Below, piece by piece: positions 50,783-59,822 of a DNA stretch of 64,000 nt. The stretch comes from an uncultured Chloroflexia bacterium. GTDB taxonomy: Bacteria > Chloroflexota > Dehalococcoidia > DSTF01 > JACRBR01. Both the position numbers and the translations under genes were made by a program. Positions within the stretch are counted from its first letter, which is position 1. Every line of letters begins with the position of its first letter. Under the pieces are notes generated by a model that saw only the letters and a program-made list of their open reading frames with translations, was not told the DNA's origin and ran no database searches. The stretch is taken from positions 129,005 to 193,004 of the forward strand of contig CAVTNG010000009.1 in the NCBI GenBank assembly GCA_963736015.1. Reading direction: 5' to 3'.

Positions 50783-50927
50783 AAGGAGCGGCGTAGCGAA
50801 AGACGAAAACGCACGCTCGAGGTCAGCGGCGAGCGGTACGCAGGGCGGACCCTTCGCCCCTGACCTTGCAGCAACGGAAGACGGCGGGTAGATCAATGGA
50901 CGCAACGGCCGAAAGGAGCCTCAACGC

Positions 50928-52052
50928 ATGGACCTGGGACTGTCTGAAGAACAAGAACTGCTGAAGAACGCGGCGCGCGACTTCCTCGAGAAGGAGTGCC
51001 CGGAAACGCTGGTACGGGAGATGGAGGAGGACGAGAAGGGTTACTCGCCGGACCTCTGGAAGAAAATGTCCGAGCAGGGCTGGCAGGGTCTGCTGATCCC
51101 CGACCAGTACGGCGGTGCGGGCTTCGGCTACCTGGACCTGATCATCCTCATCGAGGAGTTCGGGCGCGCGCTGGTGCCGGGACCGTTCATCTCGACCGTC
51201 GTCGGCGGGACGCTGCCGCTGCTCGAGGGCGGAAGCGAGGACCAGAAGAAGCAGTACCTTCCGCAAATCGCGAGCGGCAATGCGATCTGGGCCCTCGCGT
51301 ACACCGAGCCGTCGGCTCGGTTCGACACCGAGGGCGTCTCGCTCGAGGTGAAGGACGACGGTGGCGATGTCGTGCTGAACGGCACGAAGCTGTTCGTGCG
51401 AGACGCCAACGTCGCCGACTTCATGACGGTCGTCGGCCGGCGACCTGGCACGAAGGGCGAGGACGGCATCGAACTGGTGATCGTCGACGCGAAAGCATCA
51501 GGCATCTCGCAGACCCAGCTCAAGACCATCGCCGCGGACAAGCAGGCCGAAGTGAAGTTCGAGAACGTCCGCGTGCCGAAGGGCAACGTGATCGCGGGCG
51601 GCTCGGCCCTGCTGAAGAAGGTGCAGCGCAAGGCGACCGTCATCGAGTGTGCGTACCTCGTTGGACTCGCGCAGATGGACTTCGAGATCAGCGTCCAGTA
51701 CGCGAAGGACCGCATTCAGTTCGGCAGGCCGATCGGGTCGTTCCAGGCGATCCAGCACAAGGCTGCCGACATGGTGACGGACGTCGACGGCGCCCGCTTC
51801 ATCATGTACCGCGCGGCATGGTCCGTGGACCAGGACGAGGCCGACGCCGACATGAACGTGCACATGGCGAAGGCGTGGTGCAGCGAGGCGACACGCCGCG
51901 TCGTTGCGCACGGTCAGCAGATCCACGGCGGCATCGGCTTCACGAAGGACTACAAGGTCCAGCTGTACTTCCGCCGCCAGAAGGCGTCGGAGCTGGCGTG
52001 GGGCGACGCCGACTACCACCGTGAGCTCGTCGCGGAGGAGCTGGCGGTCTAG
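50928..52052 (+). CDS. acyl-CoA dehydrogenase family protein (divergent, 374 aa)
   Basis: AAAGGAG RBS. MDLGLSEEQELLKNAARDFLEKECP...FGRPIGSFQAIQHKAADM...IHGGIGFTKDY. C-terminus ELAWGDADYHRE differs from the tandem paralogs. Confidence 0.85.
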   Translation: MDLGLSEEQELLKNAARDFLEKECPETLVREMEEDEKGYSPDLWKKMSEQGWQGLLIPDQYGGAGFGYLDLIILIEEFGRALVPGPFISTVVGGTLPLLEGGSEDQKKQYLPQIASGNAIWALAYTEPSARFDTEGVSLEVKDDGGDVVLNGTKLFVRDANVADFMTVVGRRPGTKGEDGIELVIVDAKASGISQTQLKTIAADKQAEVKFENVRVPKGNVIAGGSALLKKVQRKATVIECAYLVGLAQMDFEISVQYAKDRIQFGRPIGSFQAIQHKAADMVTDVDGARFIMYRAAWSVDQDEADADMNVHMAKAWCSEATRRVVAHGQQIHGGIGFTKDYKVQLYFRRQKASELAWGDADYHRELVAEELAV

Positions 52053-52076
52053 GCCGCAGCAGCGTGAATCGACAGA

Positions 52077-52103
52077 GCGGGCCGTCTCGATGAGACGGCC
52101 CGC
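52077..52103 (+). terminator. rho-independent terminator after the ACAD array (possibly bidirectional)
   Basis: 12-bp stem GCGGGCCGTCTC-GAT-GAGACGGCCCGC followed by TTCTTCAT. Lies between convergent genes. Confidence 0.6.
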
Positions 52104-52135
52104 TTCTTCATCACGTCACTCGAGAAGCGGCCCGC

Positions 52136-52540
52136 CTAACGGACGGGCTTGACCACAAGCGTGCCCGCGATCTTGTCGGACCAGCCCTGTTTCTTCGGGT
52201 CCCAGATGATCCACAGGAACCCGAGGCCGAGCGCCAATCCCGAGACGATATAGCCGACGTAGCGCAGGAAGCAGGCGCCGAGTCCCAGCGGGCTACCGTC
52301 CTCTCGAACCACCTGCAGGCCGAGCGCCATCTTGCCGGGCGTAGCGCCAACTGCGTACCAGAACCCGATGGTGTACATGGCGCCGGCAAGGATCGCGAGG
52401 GCCGCCCCCGCGTCGCCAAAGGCGAGCCGGAGAACGATGTCGATGGTGATGAGGATCACGAAGTCGATGAGATAGGCGACCAGGCGAATCCCGAATCCCT
52501 GCACCTCCGCGTAGACCTGCTGCTCGTGCGATCCGATCAT
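52136..52540 (-). CDS. RDD family membrane protein
   Basis: 134 aa with GFGIRLVAYLIDFVILI...PGKMALGLQVV...WDPKKQGWSDKIAGTLVV. Confidence 0.75.
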   Translation of the reverse strand: MIGSHEQQVYAEVQGFGIRLVAYLIDFVILITIDIVLRLAFGDAGAALAILAGAMYTIGFWYAVGATPGKMALGLQVVREDGSPLGLGACFLRYVGYIVSGLALGLGFLWIIWDPKKQGWSDKIAGTLVVKPVR

Positions 52541-52610
52541 GACTTCCCTCCACCTGATCTATCGGCAGCCGCCCTGAGTGCCGGAAGAGGCGGCGTTCGT
52601 CGCACGCCCG

Positions 52611-53537
52611 TCAGCCGAGCACTGTCCGCAGCCAGAAGTCCGCGAACTCAGGCATCTTCACTGAGCGTACGACCTCGACCTCGTGCCCGGCCGCTGGATC
52701 GATGAAGGTACGGACGTGCCCCTGGTGCATGGCAACGGTCACCGGCAGCTGCTCGATGGTGACGAAGGCTCGCCCTTCTTCCGTCATACATGCAACGGCG
52801 AGCGGATCGTGCAGGAGCGCCACGTACTCGGGCGGGATCACGCCGCGGCCGCCGCGATGCATACGGGGCATCCAGACCTCGACCTGGCGGACCAACTCGC
52901 GGCAGAGGGCATCGCCCTTGCGCAGTGCATCGAGGTTCGAGGCGGTGAGCCAGGTGGTGAACGTGACTTCGCAGCCGATGTAGATCCCGCCGATGCCGGC
53001 GTTCAGCGCGAGCAGCGATGCCTGCTGGTCGACGTTGAGATTGTGATCCACCGACGGCGGCAGCGGGTTCTCGAGGAAGCGGACCGGCCCGAACACGCCG
53101 CCCATGACCGTGAGGCTGCCAATGTCATCGGCGAACGAGCGATCGCGCTGTAGCGCGGCGGCGATGTTGGACTGCATGCCGATCGTCGCGACGGCATAGT
53201 GGTGCTCCGCGCACTCATCGAGCAGCAGCGAAACGCCGTCGCGGTCTGAGATCTCGATCGCGTCTGCGCCCCCGCCGAGCATGTCATCCTCGTGTCCGCC
53301 TTCGGCGCTGCGGTGTGGCTGGCTCTGCTCGCCCCGCTCTCCCGCCGCAACTTCGATGTCTCCGCGACCGGCAATGCGCAGCACCTTCGCGGCGATCTTC
53401 GCGCGTCGCACCGTGTCGCCGGAGACGGTCGTGACGGCGCGCAGGTCCAACTCCGGGTGGCGCAGGCAGAACGCCAGTGCGAGCGTGTCATCGACGTCGC
53501 TGCCGATGTCAGTGTCGAGGATCATCGAGATGGACAT
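52611..53537 (-). CDS. nucleoside hydrolase (inosine/uridine-preferring family)
   Basis: MSISMILDTDIGSDVDDTLALAFCL (DxDxxxDD motif). 308 aa. Confidence 0.85.
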   Translation of the reverse strand: MSISMILDTDIGSDVDDTLALAFCLRHPELDLRAVTTVSGDTVRRAKIAAKVLRIAGRGDIEVAAGERGEQSQPHRSAEGGHEDDMLGGGADAIEISDRDGVSLLLDECAEHHYAVATIGMQSNIAAALQRDRSFADDIGSLTVMGGVFGPVRFLENPLPPSVDHNLNVDQQASLLALNAGIGGIYIGCEVTFTTWLTASNLDALRKGDALCRELVRQVEVWMPRMHRGGRGVIPPEYVALLHDPLAVACMTEEGRAFVTIEQLPVTVAMHQGHVRTFIDPAAGHEVEVVRSVKMPEFADFWLRTVLG

Positions 53538-53572
53538 GAAGCGCAGCGTACACGAGTCGTGGCAAACGGGGG

Positions 53573-54340
53573 CTAGTCGGGCTGGTCTTCCGTACGGCGG
53601 CGGCGCATCTGGTACGCCAGCAACATCTGCTCGCGCTCCGCATGTGAGGACTCCGCGGGGACCATGAGACGCGCCATCGCGTTGGTCGCGGACTTCGTCA
53701 TGGCAACGGCGAGCGGGTCCTTGGCGAGGATGCGCTCCGCCAGCTTGCGCGCTTCGAGCAGCACCTGGTCATCCGGATAGACCCGGTTCACGAAGCCCCA
53801 CTCAAGCGCCTCGCGCGCGCTGAAGCGGTCGCACATGAGCACCAGCTCCTTCGTGCGGGCGGGGCCAAGCTCGCGCATCAGGCGAGGCAGCGCGCCCCAC
53901 GTGAGCGGCAGCTCCAGGTCGACTTCGGGAATGGAAAACCAGGCAGATTCCGCCGCGAGCCGCATGTCGAGGCAACTCAGGAACACCACCGCACCACCGA
54001 TGGCGAGGCCGTTGACGGCGGCGATCGTCACCTGGTCGAGGCCTTCGAGCGCGGCGGACGTGCGGTCGCCCATGCTGACGCGAAGGCGGCGGTCGAGATC
54101 GCTCTGCGGGTGGCCGCCCTGGCGGCTCGAGAGCTCGGCGCCGGAGGAGAAGGCGCGACCCTCGCCGGTGACGATGACGACGCGCGTATCGAAGTCGTCC
54201 TGCAGGTCACGGCACGCCTGCTGCAGCTCTTCGTGCATCGTCACGTTGATGGCGTTGAGCTTGTCGGGGCGACTCAGCGTGATCGTCGTGAGGCCCGGCA
54301 GTTCGTCGTCGCGATCGATGCGTATGGTTTCCATTGTCAA
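53573..54340 (-). CDS. enoyl-CoA hydratase/isomerase (crotonase) family protein
   Basis: ITLSRPDKLNAIN...VVIVTGEGRAFSSGAEL...AAVNGLAIGGAVVFLSCLDMRLA. Confidence 0.85.
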   Translation of the reverse strand: MTMETIRIDRDDELPGLTTITLSRPDKLNAINVTMHEELQQACRDLQDDFDTRVVIVTGEGRAFSSGAELSSRQGGHPQSDLDRRLRVSMGDRTSAALEGLDQVTIAAVNGLAIGGAVVFLSCLDMRLAAESAWFSIPEVDLELPLTWGALPRLMRELGPARTKELVLMCDRFSAREALEWGFVNRVYPDDQVLLEARKLAERILAKDPLAVAMTKSATNAMARLMVPAESSHAEREQMLLAYQMRRRRTEDQPD

Positions 54341-54631
54341 CCTCGCGCCGCGTCAAGTTTCACACTGTAAGCGTAGCGGTGACGCACGCGCAGCGCTCGC
54401 CGGGTGTGCGCACCCAGCCGACAGGCGAAATAGGGGTTCGCGTCGGCTCAGGTGAGTGAGGGGGCCCTGATATACTCAGTGCGGCCCGCCACACTTCGCG
54501 TCGATATATCATCGCACCGGCATGACGGCTAGCAGGCGCCCGCAGGCGTCGCGCCCGCGTCGGGGCGACTCCTGGCAGCGTTCGCATGGATGCGCGATCG
54601 GTTGCACTGCGGATGAGCTGACTGGAAAGAG

Positions 54632-55231
54632 ATGACGTCCGACACCACGCCAGAGCCGAACGACACCACCGACCGGGCCGTCCAGATCATCGCCCAGTCC
54701 CTGGCACAGGGACTCATGGAGGCGGAGGTCATCCTCGCCGCTGATCGCGCGGCGCGGGAACGCCAGATCCCGGCGGAGGTCCTCGACACGCTCGAGCGCT
54801 TCAGCGCAGTGCTAACGCGGCTCGTCGAGCACACGGAGCAGCTCGCTGAACGCATGGCGGACCTCACGGAGGCGGTGGCAGCGCTGGCCGAGGCGCGCAT
54901 CCCTGAGGCAGCGCCGGGCAAGCCACAACTTCCCGAGATGGAGCCATCGTTCTCACCGGGGGGCGAAGGCGTCGATGTGACGATCGCGGCTGTGCCCGGC
55001 TTCCAGGGCTTGATGGAACTGCAGAGGGCGCTCGTCCGGCTGCCGCAGGTGCAGTCCGCGGCCGTGCGCCGGTACCAGGACGACGAGGCGGCGATCCAGC
55101 TCGTGCTCTCACAGCCGATGGCCGCGAGCGCGATCGCCGAAGGCGTGAGCATGGCGACGGGCAAGCGCCTGTTCGTCGACGAGTCGCGGCCGGACGCGCT
55201 GCGGCTGCGCCTGCGCTTCCTCGAAGCCTGA
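54632..55231 (+). CDS. hypothetical protein
   Basis: 199-aa ORF, helical acidic N-terminal half. No family recognised. Confidence 0.45.
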   Translation: MTSDTTPEPNDTTDRAVQIIAQSLAQGLMEAEVILAADRAARERQIPAEVLDTLERFSAVLTRLVEHTEQLAERMADLTEAVAALAEARIPEAAPGKPQLPEMEPSFSPGGEGVDVTIAAVPGFQGLMELQRALVRLPQVQSAAVRRYQDDEAAIQLVLSQPMAASAIAEGVSMATGKRLFVDESRPDALRLRLRFLEA

Positions 55232-55285
55232 GCTAGCCACGTCAGGCGCTGCAATCAACGGCGGCGCCGCGATACGCTTTTCTCG

Positions 55286-56452
55286 ATGCACCTCACGCGC
55301 CTGTCCCTGACCAACTTCCGCAACTACGCCAGGCAGGATCTCGATCTGTCCGAAGGCACCGTGTTGCTGTTCGGCGAAAACGCACAGGGCAAGACAAACA
55401 TCCTCGAGGCCGCGTTCCTGCTCGCGGCGGGGCGCTCGGAACGGGCCTCAGTCGATGCCGACTACATCGCCTGGGATTCCCGGGGCGACGCGCAGCCGTT
55501 CGCGCGAATCGCCGCGAAGGTCACGCGCACCGCCGGAGACGCGACGGTGGAACTGACGTTCGCGGGGCGGGAAGGCGCAGCCGGTCGGCTGGTGGCCTCG
55601 AAGCGGTTCAAGCTCAACGGCGTAGCGAAGCGCGGCTCGGACGTGACTGGCGTGATCACTTGCGTGCTATTCACCACCGACGATATGGACCTGGTACGGG
55701 GCGCGCCGTCCGGCCGGCGCCGATTCATGGACACGATGCTGGTGCAGGCGGACCGGCCGTACGCGCGCGCACTGCAGCACTACAACAAGGTGCTGCCGCA
55801 GCGAAACGCGCTGCTCAAGCGCATCAAGGAGGGTGCGGCGGACCGGGACGAGCTTTCGTACTGGGATGAGGAGCTCGCGCGGGAGGGCGCCATACTGGTC
55901 GCGGCGCGCGCCCGGGCGATCGAGGAGCTGAAAGCGATAGCGAGCGAGCTTCACGCGGAGCTGAGCGGCGGACAGGAAGCGTTCGCCATCGAGTACGCGC
56001 CACGCCTCTCGGAGCGCGACGCCACGGGCGAAGGACTCAGCCACGCGGACGAGACCGCGTCGAGGTTGCTCCAAGCGTTGGGTGCGGGCCGCACGCGCGA
56101 TATCGCGGCAGGGCTGACACTGATGGGGCCGCATCGTGATGACATCGAGATGACGCTCGACGAGCATCCGGCGGCGTCGTTCGCCTCGCGGGGGCAGCAA
56201 CGAACGGCGGCGCTCGCGCTGCGGCTGGCGGAGGCCAGGCTCTTGCTCTCGCGGACGGGCGAGCGGCCCGTCCTGCTGCTCGATGATGTGCTCAGCGAAC
56301 TTGACGCGTCGAGGCGCGCCGGCGTGCTCGGCGCGGTCGAGTCGGACCAGGTGATCGTCACGAGCGCGGATGCGGACCGCTTCGATGCCGCGGTCACCCG
56401 GACGGCGCAGGTGTGGCGGATCGAGGCGGGCAAGGCCTCACGAAACGCATAG
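55286..56452 (+). CDS. recF: DNA replication and repair protein RecF
   Basis: MHLTRLSLTNFRNYARQDLDLSEGTVLLFGENAQGKTNILEA (Walker A)...LLLDDVLSELD (Walker B). Confidence 0.9.
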   Translation: MHLTRLSLTNFRNYARQDLDLSEGTVLLFGENAQGKTNILEAAFLLAAGRSERASVDADYIAWDSRGDAQPFARIAAKVTRTAGDATVELTFAGREGAAGRLVASKRFKLNGVAKRGSDVTGVITCVLFTTDDMDLVRGAPSGRRRFMDTMLVQADRPYARALQHYNKVLPQRNALLKRIKEGAADRDELSYWDEELAREGAILVAARARAIEELKAIASELHAELSGGQEAFAIEYAPRLSERDATGEGLSHADETASRLLQALGAGRTRDIAAGLTLMGPHRDDIEMTLDEHPAASFASRGQQRTAALALRLAEARLLLSRTGERPVLLLDDVLSELDASRRAGVLGAVESDQVIVTSADADRFDAAVTRTAQVWRIEAGKASRNA

Positions 56453-56464
56453 TCCGAACGGCAC

Positions 56465-56494
56465 TTCAATGAAGCTGCGTATCCGATGTAGAAT
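56465..56494 (+). promoter_or_regulatory. sigma70-like promoter candidate
   Basis: TTCAAT-18 nt-TAGAAT, 28 nt upstream of ATG 56522. Confidence 0.35.
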
Positions 56495-56521
56495 ACGCTC
56501 CCCAAGATCGGGGGACGATAT

Positions 56522-57391
56522 ATGGCTGAGCGCCGACCCGGCTCGAACGGAACGCAACGTGCGCAGGACCCGTGGCGCGAGACACTGCGCGACGCACGGA
56601 GGCGCATCGGCCTGAGCCAGATTGGCCTGGCAAAGCTCGCCGGTCTGTCGGCGGAGACGGTGCGCGCGTACGAGAGCGGTCGGCGCATGCCGCGTCGGGA
56701 GCACCTGCTGGCGCTCCTTCGTGCGCTTGATGCTCCGCTGGATGTCGCCAACGACATCCTTGAGGGAGCCGGGTTCGCGCCGGAACCGACGCTGTTTCCT
56801 CTCGACGAGTTTCCCGATTTCTTCTTCACCATCGATGAACTGCAGACGGAAGTGGAGCGCGTGCCATGGATCGAATTCGTGGTGAACGAGCAGATCGAGC
56901 TCGTCGCGGCGAACACCGCGGCCCAGGCGGTATGGGACGTGGACTTCCGCCACGAGCGTCACGCGCGCAGCGCAGCGCAGATGAACCTGCTCTCAGTGGC
57001 GAGCGACCGGAAGTTCGCCGAACGAATGACGAACTGGGACGAGTGCGTCGCCACGATGATCGCCGTCGCAAAGGGGCGACCGGAGCGCCCGCATTCGATG
57101 GAGGCGCCGAACACGTACTTCGAAGAGGTGCTGAAGGAGTTCGCGAGCCGCAATGGCGCGTTCCTTGAGCGACTGCTCGAGTTGTGGGGAACGACGCCGG
57201 CGCGCGAGGCAAAGGTGCGCTGGGACTATCGGGTCGTCTGGGGTGATCCGCAGTTCGGTGAGATGCGGTTCATGTCACTCGTGAGTATGGCGAGCGCGCC
57301 AGACGCCCTGTCGTTCAACGACTGGATTCCGGTGGACGCAGAGAGCTGGCGCGTGCTGGAGCTTGTGAAGTCGCGGTGGAAGGCCCGATGA
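56522..57391 (+). CDS. XRE-HTH / MmyB-like transcriptional regulator
   Basis: LRDARRRIGLSQIGLAKLAGLSAETVRAYESGRR (HTH), then a ligand-binding-type domain PWIEFVVNEQIELVAANTAAQAVW...NLLSVASD. Confidence 0.7.
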   Translation: MAERRPGSNGTQRAQDPWRETLRDARRRIGLSQIGLAKLAGLSAETVRAYESGRRMPRREHLLALLRALDAPLDVANDILEGAGFAPEPTLFPLDEFPDFFFTIDELQTEVERVPWIEFVVNEQIELVAANTAAQAVWDVDFRHERHARSAAQMNLLSVASDRKFAERMTNWDECVATMIAVAKGRPERPHSMEAPNTYFEEVLKEFASRNGAFLERLLELWGTTPAREAKVRWDYRVVWGDPQFGEMRFMSLVSMASAPDALSFNDWIPVDAESWRVLELVKSRWKAR

Positions 57392-58204
57392 CCACACCGG
57401 ACTGGCGGGTGCGGCTGCGGGCGGCGCGGAAACGGCTCGGTGTGAGCCAGGCGCGGCTGGCCGAACTGGCGGGGCTGTCGCTCGAGACAGTCCGCGGATA
57501 CGAAAATGGCCGCCGCCGCCCGAAGCGCGAGCATCTGATCGCCGTGCTGGCGGCGCTGCGCGTCGAGCATTCGGAGCAGCATGAGATCCTCTCCGCGGCG
57601 GGTTTCGCGCCCGAGCCGCGCGTGAGCGTCGAGATGATGGAGCGCATCTGGCACACGCGGGAGTCGGCGATCGCGGAGTGCGAGCGCCACACGTGGCCGG
57701 CGTTCGTGGTGAACGAGTTCGCGGACGTCGTAGGGGCGAACACGGTCGCGCGTCGGCTCTGGGGTGTCGAGCTGGAGGACATCGATCCGTCGACGACCGT
57801 GCCGATGGCGCGGAACCTGCTCAGCGTCGCGAGCGACCCGCGCTTCGTCGACCACGTTATCAACTGGGAAGAGGCAATGACGGCGGTGCTGGCGGTGTTC
57901 AAGGCGCACGACTGGGCGCCCGAGGACATCGAGCAGCCGGGGCCATATCTGAAGGCGGTACTGGAGCGGTTCCTGGCGGGGAACCAGCGCTACGTGAACC
58001 GGCTCATCGAGCTGTGGCAGCAGACGCCTTCGACGTGGGAGCGGAAAGAGCACTGGTCGTATCCCATCGTATGGTGCGGGCCGAACCGGCGTGGAGATGC
58101 ACTTCGAGGCGATCGTGACGTCGGCGAGCCTGATGGAGGGGCTGACGATCAACGATTGGATCCCACTCGACGCGCAGACGTGGCAGGCGCTGGCGCTCGC
58201 GTAA
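57388..58204 (+). pseudogene. second XRE-HTH / MmyB-like regulator (paralog), frame change near 58090
   Basis: ATGA overlap. LRAARKRLGVSQARLAELAGLSLETVRGYENGRR...WPAFVVNEFADVVGANTVARRLW. C-terminus VEMHFEAIVTSASLMEGLTINDWIPLDAQTWQALALA* is in another frame. Confidence 0.7.
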
Positions 58205-58218
58205 GCAGCGCTGCCGAG

Positions 58219-58363
58219 CCTTTGATTGCATTTCGTGTTTTTTCTTCGCCACCTGTTTCCATGCGTGCGGCAGGCACGTGAATCTGAAAGACGCTGATCT
58301 CGCACGCTTGCGGGGCGGATCTCTGATTGGGTTTGATTAAACCAGGCCCGGCGCAATCAAAGG
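58219..58363 (-). mobile_element. MITE-like repeat, copy B (family C), perfect 11-bp terminal inverted repeats
   Basis: CCTTTGATTGC (58219-58229) and GCAATCAAAGG (58353-58363). The interior aligns with 39328-39484 in reverse orientation. Confidence 0.55.
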
Positions 58364-58686
58364 TAGTCCGGCGACGAGCGGGTGTTGGGCGGGAGCCAGC
58401 GACGGCGATCATGGCGGGATCGTATGCCAGGCGGGACAGCCGTCTAAGGGCTTGATGACGCTGGTCGCGAGCGGTGCGGGGGTTGCGGGCGTCGAGGCGG
58501 ATCGGCGTAGATGCTTCGCTGGCGCTCAGCATGACAGGACCCGCGCATCGCACGACGCGAGGGCGGCATCCAAACCCCGCTTGGGCGCGGGCGCATGCGT
58601 CCCAGGGCCCGGTCGAGTTCGCTGCTGGCTGGCCGGGGCGTCCGGCGGCGGCGGGCGGAGTGGTATGCGGCTCGCAGGCAGGTTCG

Positions 58687-59817
58687 ATGACCTACAATCC
58701 TGCCATGGAGCCACGGCGCGAAGGTTACCTGGTGCTCGCCGATATCTCCGGCTACACGGCGTTCCTGACAGGAACGGAACTCGAGCACGCGCAGTCGATC
58801 ATCGAGGAGCTGACGGCATGCATCCGTAAGTGCCTCGTGCCGCCGCTTCGCTTCGTGAAGCTCGAAGGCGACGCCGTCTTCTGCCACGGCGATCCAACGA
58901 GCATCAAGGACGGCGAGCGGCTGGTTGAGCTACTGGAGGTCTGTTACTTCGAGTTCTCGAACCTCCTGTTCAACATGGCTCGCTCGACAACATGCCGCTG
59001 CGCGGCGTGCGCCTCGATCGATGGCCTCGGGCTGAAGTTCGTCGCGCACTACGGCACCTACCTCGTCCAGCGCAGCGGCGCGGCCGAAGACCTCGCCGGC
59101 CCGGACGTCATCCTGCTCCATCGCCTACTGAAGAACACCATCACCGCTGCCACCGGCATCGGCGCGTACGCGTTCTTCACCGAGGCGTGCATCGAGCGCC
59201 TGCCGGCGGGCTTCGCGCTCGAACGACACACGGAGACCTACGAGACGCTCGGGGAGGCCGCGGGCGGGGTGTACGACCTTGCGCCGGTACTCGCGCAGAT
59301 GCGCGACGCGCGCCGTGAGTACGTCGATGTGGCGGAAGCTGATCACGTGACGCTGATCCAGGTCGATCGACCACCGCCGATCGTCTGGCAGTACGTGGTC
59401 GACCCCACGCAGCGCCTCCGTTGGGCTTGCGTGCTGTTCAACAAGGACCCGGACGAGACGACACTGAATCCGAGCGGCCGCTCGGGTACAGGTACAAAGA
59501 GCCACTGCAACCACGGACCGGCCGCGGCTTACCGCGAGATCGTCGACTGGCGGCCGTTCGACTACTTCACAAGCCGCGGAACGACACGGTTTCGAGGCGG
59601 ATTGCTCCCGGCGAGACCCATCATGGAAACGCTTGCTCTCTCGCCGCGCCCCGATGGTGGTACGGAGCTCTCGTGGCGTCTCCGCTACATGGACCGAAGG
59701 CTGCTCTCGAGCCTCATGAGCAGGACGATGTCGCTGATGTCCCGTGGCGGCATGGACCGTGCGAGCATGAAGCTACAGGCCGCGATCACGGAAGACCTCG
59801 CGCGCGCGCCGAGCTGA
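58687..59817 (+). CDS. DUF2652 (nucleotidyl-cyclase-like fold) protein with C-terminal SRPBCC/START-like domain
   Basis: Start at internal ATG 58687. EGYLVLADISGYTAFLTGTELEHAQ...FVKLEGDAVFCHG...LKFVAHYG. C-terminal part PPIVWQYVVDPTQRLRW. Confidence 0.65.
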   Translation: MTYNPAMEPRREGYLVLADISGYTAFLTGTELEHAQSIIEELTACIRKCLVPPLRFVKLEGDAVFCHGDPTSIKDGERLVELLEVCYFEFSNLLFNMARSTTCRCAACASIDGLGLKFVAHYGTYLVQRSGAAEDLAGPDVILLHRLLKNTITAATGIGAYAFFTEACIERLPAGFALERHTETYETLGEAAGGVYDLAPVLAQMRDARREYVDVAEADHVTLIQVDRPPPIVWQYVVDPTQRLRWACVLFNKDPDETTLNPSGRSGTGTKSHCNHGPAAAYREIVDWRPFDYFTSRGTTRFRGGLLPARPIMETLALSPRPDGGTELSWRLRYMDRRLLSSLMSRTMSLMSRGGMDRASMKLQAAITEDLARAPS

Positions 59818-59822
59818 GCGAG

